Assembly (NCBI GenBank): GCA_009103225.1
Contig: RHPI01003330.1
Span: 586,730-650,729, forward strand
Direction of reading: 5' to 3'
Origin: Chlorokybus atmophyticus
Lineage: Eukaryota; Plantae; Mesostigma and Chlorokybus algae
DNA: 64,000 bases
A program made the translations under genes and the position numbers. Under the pieces are notes generated by a model, which ran no database searches, had not been told where the DNA came from, and was given only the letters and a program-made list of their open reading frames with translations. Every line of letters begins with the position of its first letter. Position 1 is the first letter of the stretch. Shown here piece after piece: positions 48,024 through 60,562 of the stretch.

Positions 48024-49861
48024 ATGGGTGGGCAGACTGCGGGAGGCGGAGCAACAGCAGCGGGAGTGGTCAGGTCACCTGGCCAAGCACAAGCGCAAGG
48101 AGGCGGATCTCAAGCGTCACAGCAGCCGTCTCCTCCTCAGGCTGTTGCTCAACAACAAGCACAGCAGCATTCTGCACCGTCACAGCCGCAATCGCCTGTG
48201 CAAACACAGCTGTCGCAACAGCTAGCTTCAGGGCAGCAGCAACAGCAGCCTCAACTGCCTCTGCCAGGCCAGCAGGTGGTAGTTCAGCAGCAGCAGTTAG
48301 TGTCGCCGTCTTTGCCACAGAACGGTAAGCCGCCTCAGGTCCCAGCTCAGCAGCAGCAGCAGCAGCAAATAAGACCACAGCAGCAGGTTTCTTCCAGACC
48401 TTTTGTACAGCAGAAGCAACAGCAGAGCAAGCAGCAGCTCCCCAAAGCAGTCAACGGGCAGGCTGCTGCGTCTAAGCAGCAGCAGTCTGCTGTTGCGCAA
48501 CAGCAGAAGAAGCTGTCTCCTCTAGTGCTGCCAGCTTCCGCGCCTGCCGGTGCCTCAACACCTCACCAACAACAGCAGCGCAGCTTTCCATCTGTAGCTG
48601 CAGGGACCACGATCACTGCGTGCAACTCGTGGAGCTGGTTGGTAAGTTTGAAATGTTACTGTATGCTTGCACCAATGCATTGCACATATCAATCTTTCGG
48701 GTTACGTTATTCAAGCATTTGAGCAGTTGGTATGTGCATGTTTTTGACACGCTGGTGCAATGTGATCAATGCAGAACACTGTACATACACAGTACACACA
48801 CAGCGTAATATTCAAGTGTAGCGTATGCAGTGCACACGCCGTGTATACATGCACAACACACCCAGTTAGGTGGCATGGAGCTGGAGCGAATCACCCGATA
48901 ACTGGTTCCCCCGATTAGGATTTAAAAAAGTTTGAGGAAGCGCTTGCTCAAGTCGACGAGAACGATGCCGGGCGTTGGGAGAAGGTTGCGGCGCTCGTCC
49001 CGCAGATGACCCCTGCCGAGGTGCAGCGCGAGTACGATCGGCTGTGCGAGGATGTGCAAGTGTTGGAAACGGGCAACGTGCCCATGGCGGATTTCCGCGA
49101 GACAACGGCCAGCACACCTGTCGCAATGGTGGCCCGGCCACTCACCCCTAGCGGTACGCCCATGACCGCGACACCTGTTGACGATGCACTGCTCGCTCAT
49201 GGCATGTCCGCCGACCGACCTCCGACTGCAAACGGCCGCCTTGCGCAAGAGAGAAGGAAGGGCGTGCCGTGGACAGAGGAAGAGCACAAGTAAAGCACAA
49301 TTGCACTGCAATGCTTTGTAGTATCAGCGTATGTTGTATTGTGACACACGCACATGCACATGCACGCATGCACGTGCGCGCTCACATACCCACACGGTGT
49401 GGTGTAACAGGCGTTTCTTGGTGGGTTTGACGCGGTTTGGCAAGGGAGATTGGCGGAGCATATCACGGGAGTGCGTGATCACCCGGACGCCAACGCAGGT
49501 GGCGAGCCATGCGCAGAAGTATTTCATTCGCTTGTCCTCAACAGGAAAGGACAAGAGGCGGTCAAGCATCCACGACATCACCTCCATCGGGCAGGACGGC
49601 CTCCCGCGGCAGACGCCAGCTTCAGCTCAGATGCAGGGTCAACCTGGCGTGGGCGTGCCAATTGCTAGAGCTCCCTCAACCGGACAATCACCTGCCGACG
49701 GCGTGCCCACCGCGGGCTTCGCCCCTGCGCCGATCATGGGCGTGCCTGGCACGCCAGTTGTCCACCCTGGATACACCCCGCAAGCGCAGATGGTGCCGGC
49801 TGTCCCGACACAAGGAGTACCGGTGCAGTACATGGCGCCAGCGCCGGCCATCCGCCAGTGA
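48024..49861 (+). CDS. DIVARICATA-like R-R-type MYB transcription factor (SHAQKYF class) with Gln-rich N-terminus
   Basis: Exon 1 (48024-48641) ends WSWL and splices to [46 protein letters not shown]. Second repeat [12 protein letters not shown]|[41 protein letters not shown]...[10 protein letters not shown]. Confidence 0.95.
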
Positions 49862-50722
49862 TTCAAACTTGCAGCGTCAGGTACAGCTTCGAGCCATCAA
49901 TACATCATTCAACCTTCCTGATGAAACTACTGTACATCTCTTTTGGGCCTTCGTGCTGCAGTGCCCAAAAATTCTTGCATAGCGCGCGCAACCCCTGTAC
50001 ATATGATTGGCCTCGTTGAAACAATGCCAATGCGCATTGGTTGGGACACTGGGACTTTGGTTCACATTTACCTGACATGTCATTCCTTGCTGTCGCAGTG
50101 TTGACACATTCATCAACTTGCACAGTTACTCATTGTTTTGGAACCGGTTGCGTTGTCTGCCTGCCATACTCGTTTTTTGCTTGACGCCGATGATGTTTGC
50201 TGTGCACTGCGAGTCTTGCTGTTTAATACAGCACCTTGCTAACAAAGGCCAACGTTCACTTGTTCCCACCACTGCTGGAGCAGCTCTGGGAACAAGCACA
50301 ATGTTTCGCAGCTCACAGTGATTGCGTCATTGCATGCTTGACACAATTGCATAGCCATGGGCACCAAGCCATGATTCTGGCCGGTTGCCTTGTCACAAGC
50401 TGCAAGAGTGTATGGACGGCCAAGGTCGTACAGTATGGGTTGCACGTATAGCTGCTTACCTGTTGCCCACAGCTGGACAGCCGGCGATGCCACAGCACCT
50501 GGGTCTGCAGGGTTAAGGTCTCTCTGCTGCACAGCAGCGTCACATAATACACCAGATGCAGCCATACCTGTGTCACTACCACCATAGCACAAAATGTTCA
50601 TGCACAGGCGCACTCGTGCATGCAGCATGCGTGTATGCACGCAGGCATTCAAGTAACCACACACCAGCATCAAGCCCACAGTTAACTCCTGCACACGGTA
50701 CATAGGGGTGTACAATACAACA

Positions 50723-53114
50723 TCATGTCAATAGCAGCTCTGCGCGCACATCATCTATTACTCTGTTCAGCAGCATCTGGTGCTCGGGCCCATTGATTTC
50801 CTTGTACAATGCAAACAAAGCTTCCAGCTGTTCTGAAGTGTAGAGCTTCTCCTCAACGATGCGGTCTATCATCGACGCCTTGAAGTCTTTGTACTGCAAG
50901 CAACCATACATGTTGAGGACAAAGACAACCTAATACGTGATGTGGGTCGTGGCATGACATGCACACAGCTTACCGGATTCCTTGTTTCCACCACCAACAC
51001 ATCATTCCTTGCCGCGGCAATGTCACGCGTAGATCGGGCGGATTGCGGGCGCTTCTGCACCTGAAGTTTGCGACTACGCATGAGCTGCTTGTGTGCATCA
51101 CACTGTGATACGTTGCATCACATTGTGTTACGTTTACAAAATGACCACGCAACCAGACCTTACTTGCGTGTGTCACAGTCTGTGGGTATACCAGATCTGG
51201 CACGCTTATCCTTGAAAGGAATATGCACATATGGTATGCACTACCATTCACACCGAAATGTGTACACCCATGCGCAAATCCATGCATACATATGCGCGAC
51301 TGTTCACACCTAGGTGTGTTTTGGCTCATAGCGACTGCCATGCACAGAAGCATGTGACTGTTGTCCTACCAGTACTGTTCAAGGCGAGTTTGCAGTGAAC
51401 AGCTGACAATGACATAATTGCATGAGTGCATGATTCAACATTTCCATTTGATAATTGCATCACCTGGGCGAAGTTTTGGTGGCGGGGGCGGGCTGAAGAC
51501 GGTCTGCTGCTGGTTGTGCTGGCAGGAGGCGGGTGGTCATCATTGGCGGAGGTGGCTGTGGGGTCGCGGCGGAGATAGACGGGGTATAGCTGGGCGTCCC
51601 ACTGGTTCTTTTTGCGCTGGGAGACGGAGGAAAGCCCCGCGATGCGCTCCTGCAGTCGCTGAAGCGACAGCTGATGATTCGCGTCGCTCACAGCCTGCAG
51701 CTGCTGCTGCTTCCTAGCCCTATTGTTGAAACGAGTGCATTGGTGATGAATAACACACCACCCCGCCACACACAGATTTGCTGTCATGCACAAAATCATG
51801 GAAGCTATGGTGCATACATACATGTTGCTGTGCTTGCAACCGGTGTGCGCGAAGTATAGTCATTGAGATGTTGGTTGTCCACATGGTGATGATACATGGC
51901 AGTTTCGCAGTGTCGGTGCGTCTTGCAGAAGAGTGTAGGGCAACGTGCAGGGAAAAGCATGCACAGCACATGTTATGGTGACTGCAGTTGCCAGTGATGT
52001 GCAACAGTGGTATGCACACTCGCTGCTGTGTAGTGGAGTAACAGAATGCGACATCATCAACATGCTCCCAAGTAGCTGCGCAGTTCAGTCATACAGCTAC
52101 TGACAAGTGCGTGGGCGCTTGCGTTAGGCAGTATCACATGGTACGCTTGCACAATGGACAAGTACACAATCAACTCGCGACACAATGTGGCAGTACAAAC
52201 GTTGCATAACATAGATACGCATGGTACAAAAATGACAATGCAGGACTTATGATGCATGCCCGTCAAGGCAAGACGACAATTACCGGTCCAGCGATTGCCG
52301 TTGATCTAAAGCAAGGACGATCGAAAAAAGAGTTCAAATTCTCAACCCCAAGTGATAACAAGAGCTTTGATTGTTTATTAAAGGTATAACTTGAAAATTT
52401 GAAACAGCAGTCCAGATGAAACTTGCTCACCTGTTTGCGGACAGCACCCTTGCAAGATCGTATGTGGCCGGCGGATCGCTCAGCCTCGTCCGCCCCATCT
52501 AAGCCCAATGCCTTCACAATCAGCCTCCTTCTAAACCTCCCTCCCCCAGCCCAAACTAGCTCACAATGCCACAGATAGAAGCCTGACAGGTGGCTGCGCC
52601 CTGCTCCAAGCCCTGCTCCAGAGCACCGAGTTGCACTAAGTAAATCTAATCAAGCACAGCTTGTTTGTCTCATTCTCAGGTCTGGGCGCTCTTGACGCTG
52701 TGCACAACAGATCGGATTGGTGATGCTCAGTGCAGGTCGAGCAGCGACATCAGCAGGACCACCTCAAAACCTGGTGTTCTGAAACACTCAACTTTCTTCA
52801 ACGTTAGCCACAGTGGCCAACAGACCAACAACGAGAGTGACAGCGAGTGACACTGCTGCTCAGGACAGTGAGCAACGCCAAAACCGCCACCACGTCTCCA
52901 GGTTCCCAACCTGAGCAAAAGCGGAGCGAACAGAATTCAAGTCACTAGCGACCAAACGGCAGTGCTGTACGCAGAAGTTGCACCTGACCATTGCCAGCTA
53001 TGAATTCTAGCATAGAGCATAGAGCGCTGCAAGAATGCAAGTGACCCTGGTGCGAAACGCTGGGTCCTTAATTGAACGGCAATAACGGTGCTCACTTGAT
53101 CGGACGGCAGTCAT
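50723..53114 (-). CDS. Multi-exon gene with SPATA7-like C-terminal helical domain (5' extent uncertain)
   Basis: Last exon YKDFKASMIDRIVEEKLYTSEQLEALFALYKEINGPEHQMLLNRVIDDVRAEL follows the hydrophobic pattern of the recalled SPATA7 C-terminus (YLSFIEDVTDEILKLGLFSNRFLERLF...LLHVLKVDL). Upstream exon-like pieces carry RPQSAR/RPSSAR motifs. Confidence 0.5.
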
Positions 53115-53249
53115 GCGTTGTGGCTGCGCCTGTAGTGCGGGCATTGCCGCTGGGCAAGGTGTAGGCGTAGGTGACGGTGTTGAAGGCGGTGACGGTGGGT
53201 CCACAGAGAAAGGGGAAAGGCAGGTGTGTCAAACTTGTCGTGTGCTGTG

Positions 53250-55923
53250 ATGCGCAGTGCGCTGCTGCAGCGGCTGGCTGCTGTCCCAGCGAGCCGCATA
53301 GCTGGGCATCGACTCCTGTCTCCCGGCGGCGTTGCGGCACCGGCGGCGGCAATCCCTGCTGCTGTGCGCGCGTACGGCCGCCTGGATGACATGCGTGCTG
53401 AGATGGGACCCATGGTGCCTGACCCTGATGCAGAGGTAGCAACTGCCGAGCAATTGAAGTATGCTTTCGCCGGTGTTAGCTGTCAGCGATTTCTATTATA
53501 GGGTGCGCTTGTATGCGAGCTTGTTCTCAAGTGTATTGTTAATGCTGTTGTCAAACTGACGTTCATAGGAATTGAGCAGGTATTGTATGAGGACCATGTC
53601 GGGGCCCGGGCGGCAATACTGAACAGGCCGAAAGCGCTCAATGCGTTGTCGTTCAGTCAGGTGCTTGACTGCATAACACTTGAGCATGTTTAAATGCTGG
53701 TTTGGTCACTCTATGCAAAGCCTTCTGCACTAGTCTGGCTGTAGAAGTCGCGGACACGCTTGTGTGCATTGTATGTTGCAGTTGAAAGAGCTGAGTCGGT
53801 TATATGAAGTGTGGGAGCACAGCCCAAACGTCAAAGTCATCATCATCAAGGTACAGCTTAGCACGCTCGGCAGCTTTCCTCCAAACAGCAATGACATTCA
53901 ATGAGATGGCATGGGGCTGGCACAGCAGCCAGCTCACCGCCGTCTCGCTTGCATGCATGATGATAGGGTGCCGGCGACAGAGCATTTTGTTCGGGGGGTG
54001 ATGTCCGTGCAGTGGTTTTAAAGGCTAAGGAAGGTATGGCGTTGTTCAGGTTGGACAATCAATCCTGCATGCGTGCATTTTAGCATGGGTGCGTGCCTGT
54101 GCGCGTGCACTCATTGGCACGTATGTCTCACTGCACAGGTGACATCAGAGGCGCAGCCGACTTCTTTCGCACTGAGTACAAGTTCAACTACCAGCTTGCA
54201 ACTCTCCGTACGCCGCATGTATGCAAGCATGTTGTATGCATAACTGAATTGTTGATGCATGTAGTGTACTGGGATATGTTCCAGATGCATGGTGTGATCA
54301 CCGCGTGCACTCACAAGAGGGTAAAAGCTGCGTGTGCCCTGTCACATGGCAGGTAGCTTTCCTCAATGGCATCACGATGGGTGGTGGTGCAGGTGTGTCC
54401 ATCCACGGGCCGTTTAGGGTGGCCACAGAAAAGACGGTACGGGGCGGATGATGTGGTGTCCTTTGCAATAAGCCACTCATGCATTTGCATCGGAGCATAC
54501 TGCTGCCGTACTTGTCTGCCTCTCAGTTTTACTCTGCCCGGCTTAGATGTTTGCGATGCCAGAGACGGGCATTGGCCTGTTCCCAGATGTTGGAGTCTGC
54601 CATTTCCTGAGCCAACTTGGAGCGCTCGGTATGCCTCATCACAATTGATGAAACTGATTGAGTCATGTCTCCATCAGTTGCATTGGTTCATGCCACTTCT
54701 GCTGTGTTGGTGTGCTGATAAATTTTGCATTTGGCAGGTATGTGGCTTGCGCTGACAGGGACCAGACTAACCGGGCCTGAAGTGTATGCAACAGGCATAG
54801 CCACGCACATGGTTCCCTCACATGTGAGTTCCTTGCAAGTCACGTGCTTGCTTGTAACAAGGTCATTCGTGCCTTCATTGAGAGTGCACCCATGCATGAG
54901 GTCATGCGTGCAGGCGTGCACACTGCTGTGTCAAGGACAGCTTCCAACCCGGTCTGGTATGCAACAACCTACCTGTTGTGTTGCAGCGGCTTGCCACTTT
55001 GGAAGAGAGACTCGGAAGCCTAGTGCAGAGCAGCAACGAGTCAGTGCAGGATGCGATAGATGAAGAGTTGGCCGACCCCATGCCCGTGCCGCCAGAGAGC
55101 CTCTTGCACAAAGCAGAGGAACTGGAGGAGCTGTTTGCAAAGCAATCTGTTGAAGAGATTGTCAGCGCAGTGGTACAGATTTAGTAGTCACTTGTTGCTG
55201 ACACAACGATCAGTGCGTGGGGTTCTTTACAAGCACACAACGCTTATTTGTGATGTGGTTATACAGGAAGCCAAAGCGAACGAGCCTGATGGAGAGTGGT
55301 GCAAGGCTATCTATGAGCGCTTGCAGAAAGTGTCGCCGCTGAGTTTGAAGCTAACATTCAGACATGTAGGACACATAGCACGCTGCTTGTGAATGTGCAA
55401 GGACCTGACCATGTGGTGCTGTGCAGATGATGCAGCAGGTTGGTGGTACTCTAGAGGACTGTTTGCTAGATGATCTCAGGATTGCCACACGGTGTGTGGA
55501 GGACTCCGACTTTCAAGAGGTATGACGCGACACTGACTCACTGTTGTTGTAGTTGTTGTGGACATCATCTGGCTGTTGCATGCATGCGCATACCGAATTG
55601 CAAACCCCTACACGAGTAACTGGCTTGGTTGCTTAGGGCATACGCGCGCTGCTGATTGACAAAGACAACAATCCTCAGGTACAAGCAAGTCCGCTGTTTG
55701 CATCTGAGCCATCTTCTGCATCTCAAACCAACTGCGTTCATGTTTGTTCTCTCAGTGGAAGTACAAGACCCTGCGCGAGGTCCCCGAGGAAATCGTGGAA
55801 AGGTTTTTCCGGCCCTTGTCCAGAGAAGAGGGCGGAGACCTTGAGCTTCCGGTTGAGGGAGGAAGTAGACAAGAGGCGCAAAGAAGTGTTAGCTCAAACC
55901 CCAGGCATGGCTCACGCTTGTAA
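53250..55923 (+). CDS. HIBCH: 3-hydroxyisobutyryl-CoA hydrolase (crotonase superfamily)
   Basis: [66 protein letters not shown]|[14 protein letters not shown]|WKY. C-terminus NPRHGSRL* (TAA 55921-55923). Confidence 0.95.
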
Positions 55924-55924
55924 T

Positions 55925-56195
55925 TGATGGACGTGTGTCTTCGTATTGTAGACGGTAGAGCTGGCATTCCTTATGCCCTCATCAGTCTGCATTCGCGGCG
56001 CAGGTCAACCTGACGGTAGCTGGGTGTGTTGAACAATAATCCTTGTTCCTCATTGCAACTTACAGGTGATGCGCACACAGTTTCGCAGTAATGCCGCGCC
56101 ACAAGCTGCTTGCAAGGGGGCGCGGTTGCCATCATATCCCACTAGCAGGTGCATGATGTCATGTGGGCATAAGCTTGCTGCAGGGCATACAGGCC
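55925..56195. repeat. Diverged ~270-bp duplicate of 59181-59455
   Basis: Core 55940-55987 versus 59200-59247 is 42/48 identical with all six differences transitions. Weaker similarity continues for about 200 bp. Confidence 0.8.
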
Positions 56196-57189
56196 TTTCA
56201 CGGTGCAACTGTATGCATGTGATTGTCACGGCTGACCTGCATGCATCTCGTGCACATGATTGACTTCTTGCATAAGTGCACATGTGGTTATTAAAGTATG
56301 TTAGCGTCGTGAGTTGCACACTGTGGGGCACACACCTATCAGTAACCTTCAGGCTACAAGCAAAGACCTATACAGAAGTGCATGCCATGCGCTGCAAGTA
56401 ACAAGGGCAGGTGCAACCAGCTGCAGTGTTCGTGTGCACCAAGTGCATGAAGGAAAGCAACACTTGAAAACTCCTGCAACGTTCTACATGCGCCTCTTGT
56501 ATTGTGTTTGATAACCCCGACGTGAGCGTAGGAAAACAGCAAGTAGTAGGCATCTATGTTGAAGTTGACAATAGAACAAGGCTGTGGGCTAGTGGTGAGG
56601 CACCCCACACAGCAAATAAGGAAGCGCAGTTTATGTAGAAGGCATAAAGTAGAGGTTGAGGATTACTTGTCCGGAGTTCAATTTTGAAATAGCTGGCTAT
56701 GCACTTCACATAAGCATGTCTAGCCTACTGCAAGGGAGGTTGTGCAGCGCCATGTGCTGTCCAGCTTCCTGCAAGCAAGCACATGCATTCATTCAGCAAG
56801 CACAGTTGTCTTGGGATTTCCATGCTGTTATACAGGTCTAGAGTAGGGTAGTGTGGTAGGTAAACAGGCAGTAAGTATAGCCCGGTGGTGGTGTATGTGA
56901 CTGTGTTTGCATGCTGGTTGGTATGCTATGCTGTTTGACGTCATGCATGTCGCCAATTGTCTCGCGCATATCCTGTACACATCGGCTTGAAATATAGCAG
57001 GTCATGTCAGCGAAACCAAAACTATGCCTACTATGTGAAATGCATCCGTCGATGCACGTGCACGCTATTGTTGTAAAGTGCAACAAGCAACAGCCCACGC
57101 TGACGCCTGTATTTGACTTACATAGTCAAGATATTAAAAAGCGATAGTGACACCTTCACACACACACATTTGCGCGCCGCCAATCCGCG

Positions 57190-57582
57190 CTATTCAGAAG
57201 GGATGAACAGGCATTCACCTGCAAGACAACCATGGTTCGTTTAAACAACGTGCATTGAACAAGCAGCGCATTCACCTTTCCGTTCGGAGGCAGGGGGAGC
57301 AAGGGGAGGGGGAGGTCCCACGTCCACGTGGACCAACCGGGCTACTGAGAGCCCCGCATCACGGAGCCCTCGCTCAACGTTTGTTGAAGCAAATAAGACA
57401 AATGCGCAACCTGCTGCTATTGAAATGAGGTTCTCCAACCGCCAAGAACGAGGAGGAGGGGAAGGCGGAGGCGGAGGCTGGTGCGGGAGTCGCGTGGCGT
57501 CTGCCACGACCGGAACTACTACTGCTGCCTGCCGGGCTTCCTGTGCTCCACTGATTGCCGGGTCTTCTACCAAGCTTGCCAT
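57190..57582 (-). CDS. Small hypothetical single-pass membrane protein (~110 aa)
   Basis: MASLVEDPAISG...PPPPPSPPPRSWRLENLISIAAGCAFVLFASTNVERG...ERK|GECLFIPSE*. One hydrophobic stretch and a GC-rich 5' region. No family recognised. Confidence 0.4.
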
Positions 57583-58282
57583 CTGAGGACGACCAGGGCG
57601 GAGGCGTGTGCAGAGGATTTGCTCTCTAAGAGTACACAAGCTCAAGCATGCAGCTGCAGCTGCAGTTGCATGCCTGCTAGCTTCGGCCGCCACTACCGCC
57701 TATCCAGCGCCACCCGGCGCGCTGACCCTCTGCCCTACCCCGCCCCGCCGCCGCCGAACCTCCTGCAGGCAAGCAGCGCCCCAGCTTCCCAGCGTGCTCT
57801 CGCCCTTGCGCAAGTCAAGCTAGATTCGGCTTGCACGCACAGTCGCCAGCTGGCAGGCTTTCCTCTCACTTGTGCTGTAGGCTACTGACAGGCCCTTCAC
57901 TCTGGAGGTGGGCCGGTGACGGCGCCATGCTTCTGCGGCTAGCTGCAGCAACTGGATCGTGGGAGCTGCTGTGCAAAACGAAGTCAGAAATAACTAGAAG
58001 GGCTGCTCGACCTAGCTTGCTTTCACCAGTGTGACACAAGCCTGACTGCAAGCTTGACTGCAAGCTGCTGCTGAGCACTCTTTGGCCTGCCTACAAGCTT
58101 GTTTGCAAGCCGATTCCCGTATTTGCCTCCTTGGGTGCTTTGCACGCAATGGACAGTGCGCCAGGCGGAGCGTAGCGGCGGCGCTTTGAGCGCATTGCGA
58201 TGCATGTTTTCAGCCTGTCGTTACATGCTTGTAGGTGGGCATGTTGTAGCTGGAAAGCTTCACAATCGCTTGTGCTCGCAGT

Positions 58283-60562
58283 GGTAGTGCAAGACATTGG
58301 GCGAGTTCCCCGACAAACCAAATTGTGGACCTGTTTTTCCCTTGGCATCACCTTCTGGTCCCCTCATACAAACCAACACCTTTCTCAAGCATGCAACAAG
58401 CGAGTACTCCAACGGCCCAGACGGTAAGGCTGTCATACACAACTGTCAAGCAATTGCACTCAGCAACCGTAAATATACACTCGCCTACAAGTTGATAAGC
58501 ACAGCGCAAGCTGTGCCTGCTGCTTGTGCTGGTGTGGCGTTTGGGCATTGTGTATGGCACGCGTGTAGGCCAATTAGCGTGCTCTTACTCCTGGCCCTCA
58601 ATGGGTCTCGGGCCGCATATGCATTGTTGGTTGCATTCATGCACAGGTACTTTGCAGCATAGGCACTCTGGTGCAGCACACAGCTATCAGCACTTACCAT
58701 ATGTATGCGGTGCATAAGTTGGGCAGTTCAGGTGGCAGCACTGCTGATAGTGCGCACAAAAGAGTGCAGAAGAAAGCACTGCTGTGTGTGCTGGCGATGA
58801 TGAACAGGGCGCTTGCTGGGCTACTCTCGCGCTGGAAGTGACACTTCTGGTGTGGCGGAGGTGTTGGCAAGATTTCGCGACCGCTTGGTACGTTTTGCTA
58901 ACATACAACGCACAAGGAAGCAAGGTATGCGTGCAGTTCTGTCAAGCTAAACATGCATGCTTGTTTTGCTGCTCAACTGGTGCTTGTCGTTTCAAGGACT
59001 ATCCATTGCACCGCTGCAACAACAACCCTTCTCATATTATACTTGCAACATGTGCTTCGGTTAGACTCGATCTGCCAGATAGGTAGGTCTCCATGGCAGG
59101 TACTGTTTGCCATGCATCGACACTTGCACTTGTCGAGGGACGACGTCGACCAGCAGCGCAAGGAAATACTGAATGGACTGATGGATGGACATGTGCGTGT
59201 TCGTGTTGTGGATGGTAGAGTTGGCACTCCTCATGCCCTCATCAGTCGCTCAACCGCGGGGTAGGTCAATGCGCTAGCAGTTGGGTATGTTGCGGATGAA
59301 CAACGACCCTTCTTCCTCATGCAAGATAGGTACAGGTAATGTGCGCGCATATCTGAAGTTGTGCCACACACAGATGCTTGCAGGTGGAGGCAGTTTTCAC
59401 ATTGTGAGCTGGTGCATTGTTTCGAATGTGCATCAGCTGCAGGGCAGATGCGGCCTATGGGACCTTCCCACAGTGCACATGACTGTATTCGTGCGGACAC
59501 GTGCATAGGCATACATATATGGCCATCTCGACAGCAGCAAGGACAGATAGGTGGGGGCAGGATAGGAGAATCAAGGCAGCTCTTACAACCATACAACGGC
59601 AGCCCACAAGACGCGATGCAATCAGTGATGGGCGTGATGTGGAGAACAGTAGGTAGGCCATCCTACCTGCACGATAGATAGCTCAGGCAGAAGGAGCAGA
59701 GGGAAGTGCATATGCATTTATAGTCCGTCTGCGTAGCGGTTTGCAGCAAGTATGAAGCTCTTAGACGTGCAACATGCAGCAAAAAAATTGCCAGTGTGCC
59801 TGTGTGCTTTGCGTGCCCACGTGTGAGCTTGTTTGCATAACCACTGCTGATCGGACGTGTTGTGTTCTTCATCCGGCTGTTGTTGACTGCCGGCAATCGC
59901 TCTGAGCATGCTTGCAATGACACTGTTTCTGATGTTTAGCATATGTGGGCCATAAGGTGTAATGTGCTGAGAGCACAGGATGCCTGCGCCCAGAGGGGAG
60001 GGGGAGGTAATAAGAAAGGCATGCCATGCTGTATGAGTGTGCTGCTGCATGGACGTGGATCACATGTTACACCATGCACATCAGCACACCAGAGTGCCAG
60101 AGTGCGACCATTGTGCTAGTACTGCTTGCTGATCACGCAAATACTTCATTACAACTACCTGCCCTACTGTGCTCTGTCAGGACAAGTCACATCATCAAGG
60201 CAAGCCGTGACAGCAGTAAGTGCCAAAACACGATTGCAGCCGGCATTAGCTCAATTTCAACAGCACAAGCTAGAAAGTGCACGTCACGTCGAAGACACAA
60301 TGCCACGCCACCGTTGCAAAGGTATAATCATCTGCACGCGTATCGCAATGCATCATGACACTGTGACAATGGGGTCGTGTGGGCACCCCATCCAGCCATT
60401 GAAAGGCGCTTCCCCATTGACATGCGGCGCGTGATGTACCACATGATCGATGCCGGCGTCTACCTGTGGCATGCAATGGCATGGAGTCAGTACTTGGCAC
60501 TGCATATGCTTGATCGATGCCTCGCCTGTATGCATGCTCAAGCAGGTGTACGCATAACATAA
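58283..60562 (+). CDS. Hypothetical multi-exon gene (tentative)
   Basis: Successive exons join in frame at GT-AG sites: ...SEYSNGPD|GGSTADSAHKRVQKKALLCVLAMMNRALAGLLSRWK|SPWQVLFAMHRHLHLSRDDVDQQRKEILNGLMDGH|VNALAVGYVADEQRPFFLMQDR|WRQFSHCEL|GRCGLWDLP. Start, end and family unknown. Confidence 0.3.

Noticed and set aside
55940-55987. Hammerhead ribozyme or SECIS (CUGAUGAG plus stem on the minus strand, also at 59200-59247)
   Set aside because: The GAAA required directly after stem II is absent, stems I and III cannot be formed convincingly, and there is no 3' GA quartet for a SECIS.
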